Shown: positions 62,999-64,000 of the stretch, piece by piece
How the letters are laid out: every line of letters starts with the position of its first letter
Numbering within the stretch: the first letter of the stretch is position 1
Source: a virus
Taxonomy: Duplodnaviria > Caudoviricetes
IMG/VR virus record: IMGVR_UViG_3300024346_000003
Direction: 5' to 3' (one strand)
DNA: 64,000 nt
The notes under the pieces: model-generated
What the model was told of the DNA's origin: nothing
The model's database searches: none
Seen by the model: the letters and a program-made list of their open reading frames with translations, nothing else
Program-made: the position numbers and the translations under genes

Positions 62999-63465
62999 AA
63001 CCTTAATATCATTTCTTTATTATTTGACCATTTATCACTATGTGGTAAAATTTGAAAGCCAAAACTCTTATAGAAATTGGTCAAATTATTTATATTTAAT
63101 CCACTACTACCCATTGGTGATGCATTTAGGTAAATAATCTTTTCACCAATTTCTTTAGCGTATTGTATTGCTTGAGCAACTAATGCTTTACCGTAACCTT
63201 TATCTTTATAATCATCAGGTACAAATAGATGTTCAATTCTTAAAAATGTATCATCTGGGAAAAGCTCATCATATTCATCTTCACTCATATCATCTTCAAA
63301 CATCCAATAAACATTCATTAATTGTTCAACGATAATATTACCAACATTTGTTCTACCAACATGTGCAGATATGGTAACTCGACCATCATCGTCAAAAGTC
63401 GTAAATGTAATTGGGTTTTCAATTGCTTCATTATATAATGTTGTTAATTTCATTGTGCTAACCAT
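62995..63465 (-). CDS. GNAT acetyltransferase
   Basis: LFVPDDYKDKGYGKALV, FYKSFGF. Confidence 0.8.
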   Translation of the reverse strand: MVSTMKLTTLYNEAIENPITFTTFDDDGRVTISAHVGRTNVGNIIVEQLMNVYWMFEDDMSEDEYDELFPDDTFLRIEHLFVPDDYKDKGYGKALVAQAIQYAKEIGEKIIYLNASPMGSSGLNINNLTNFYKSFGFQILPHSDKWSNNKEMILRL

Positions 63466-64000
63466 TCGTCTAAACTCATACTTTTATCAAAAGCCTTATC
63501 CATTAAATCACCAATCTGAGTCATTATTTCATTTCTTCTTAATAATTTGAATGCAATGTTTTCTGCGGAAAATTCACCACCAGATTCAAGACCAGACTGT
63601 CTCATTTTTTTAATTCTATCTTTAAGTTTACCTAAACGAGTTGTGACAGTTTCCTCATTACCCTTTTTATATTGTTTTTTAATATCATTAAGAGTATCAA
63701 CTATTTTTTTGTATTTTTCCCTAACAGAGTTTTTATTTATTTTAGGTGCTGTTTTTTCAGGTTTTAATACCCATTTTTCATCCATTAATGAATAGACCCC
63801 AGTTGAATGATGTTCTTCATTTTTATCCTGGATATATAATTCAACATCATAATCTTTTATTTTAATATCATGATTATCATTCCAACTCCTTGTTTTAGCA
63901 CCGAGTAAATCTTTAACTAAATCTTTTTTATCACCAAATTTATTCATATCGATTACTATATGAATATCAAAATCAGAATATTTTGACCAATTATAATTAG
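63450..64000 (-). CDS. Nucleotidyltransferase-fold phage protein (5' end beyond window)
   Basis: Frame stays open to the edge: ...NYNWSKYSDFDIHIVID..., YDVELY. Confidence 0.65.
   Translation of the reverse strand, partial: NYNWSKYSDFDIHIVIDMNKFGDKKDLVKDLLGAKTRSWNDNHDIKIKDYDVELYIQDKNEEHHSTGVYSLMDEKWVLKPEKTAPKINKNSVREKYKKIVDTLNDIKKQYKKGNEETVTTRLGKLKDRIKKMRQSGLESGGEFSAENIAFKLLRRNEIMTQIGDLMDKAFDKSMSLDEWLAQ

Noticed and set aside
106-63795. Many plus-strand 60-190 aa ORFs antisense to long minus-strand genes (for example 59172..59747, 56993..57487, 15225..15626)
   Set aside because: Shadow ORFs of codon-biased genes, rich in Ser/Leu/Phe and without motifs.
1-64000. Stop-codon recoding, as seen in some Bacteroidota jumbo phages
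   Set aside because: Known genes are full length in the standard code, TAG and TGA serve as real stops, and there is no suppressor tRNA.

Overview
A 64 kb, very AT-rich segment of a jumbo (huge) tailed phage genome, almost all on the minus strand. Dozens of Bacteroidota-type TAnnTTTG promoter boxes and a T9SS-type cargo gene point to a Bacteroidota (Flavobacteriales-like) host. Two systems stand out. (1) Four tRNA operons (about 19.9-22.4, 30.7-31.7, 33.1-34.1 and 52.6-55.1 kb) each sit behind a near-identical promoter, a short leader-peptide ORF, an antiterminator segment and an intrinsic terminator. Each leader has a run of 12-17 codons drawn (almost) only from the amino acids whose tRNAs lie downstream, and the four operons split the 20 amino acids without overlap (TGYQPK / FDAE / LVC / NHWSIMR). 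This looks like ribosome-mediated attenuation that switches on replacement tRNAs when the matching tRNAs run short. (2) An integron-like array of nine attC-type sites plus a partial tenth (0.1-3.1 kb), with no integrase in the window. In seven sites an ORF starts inside the attC hairpin and reads through the GTT crossover in frame as Val, so cassette order would set which N-terminal module joins which C-terminal module. The window also carries a large translation/RNA-repair kit (SmpB, split RNase R, Rnl1, a three-piece Rnl2-like ligase, kinase-2H healing enzyme, CCA enzyme, PTH2-like, SpoT-like HD, YqeY), two sigma factors, three lysins, an ABC/OmpA/PspA-like operon, a PAS histidine kinase and receiver, DNA ligase, ferritin, several GIY-YIG/HNH homing endonucleases, and several unusual tRNA-like RNAs. 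All calls were made by eye; no searches were run.
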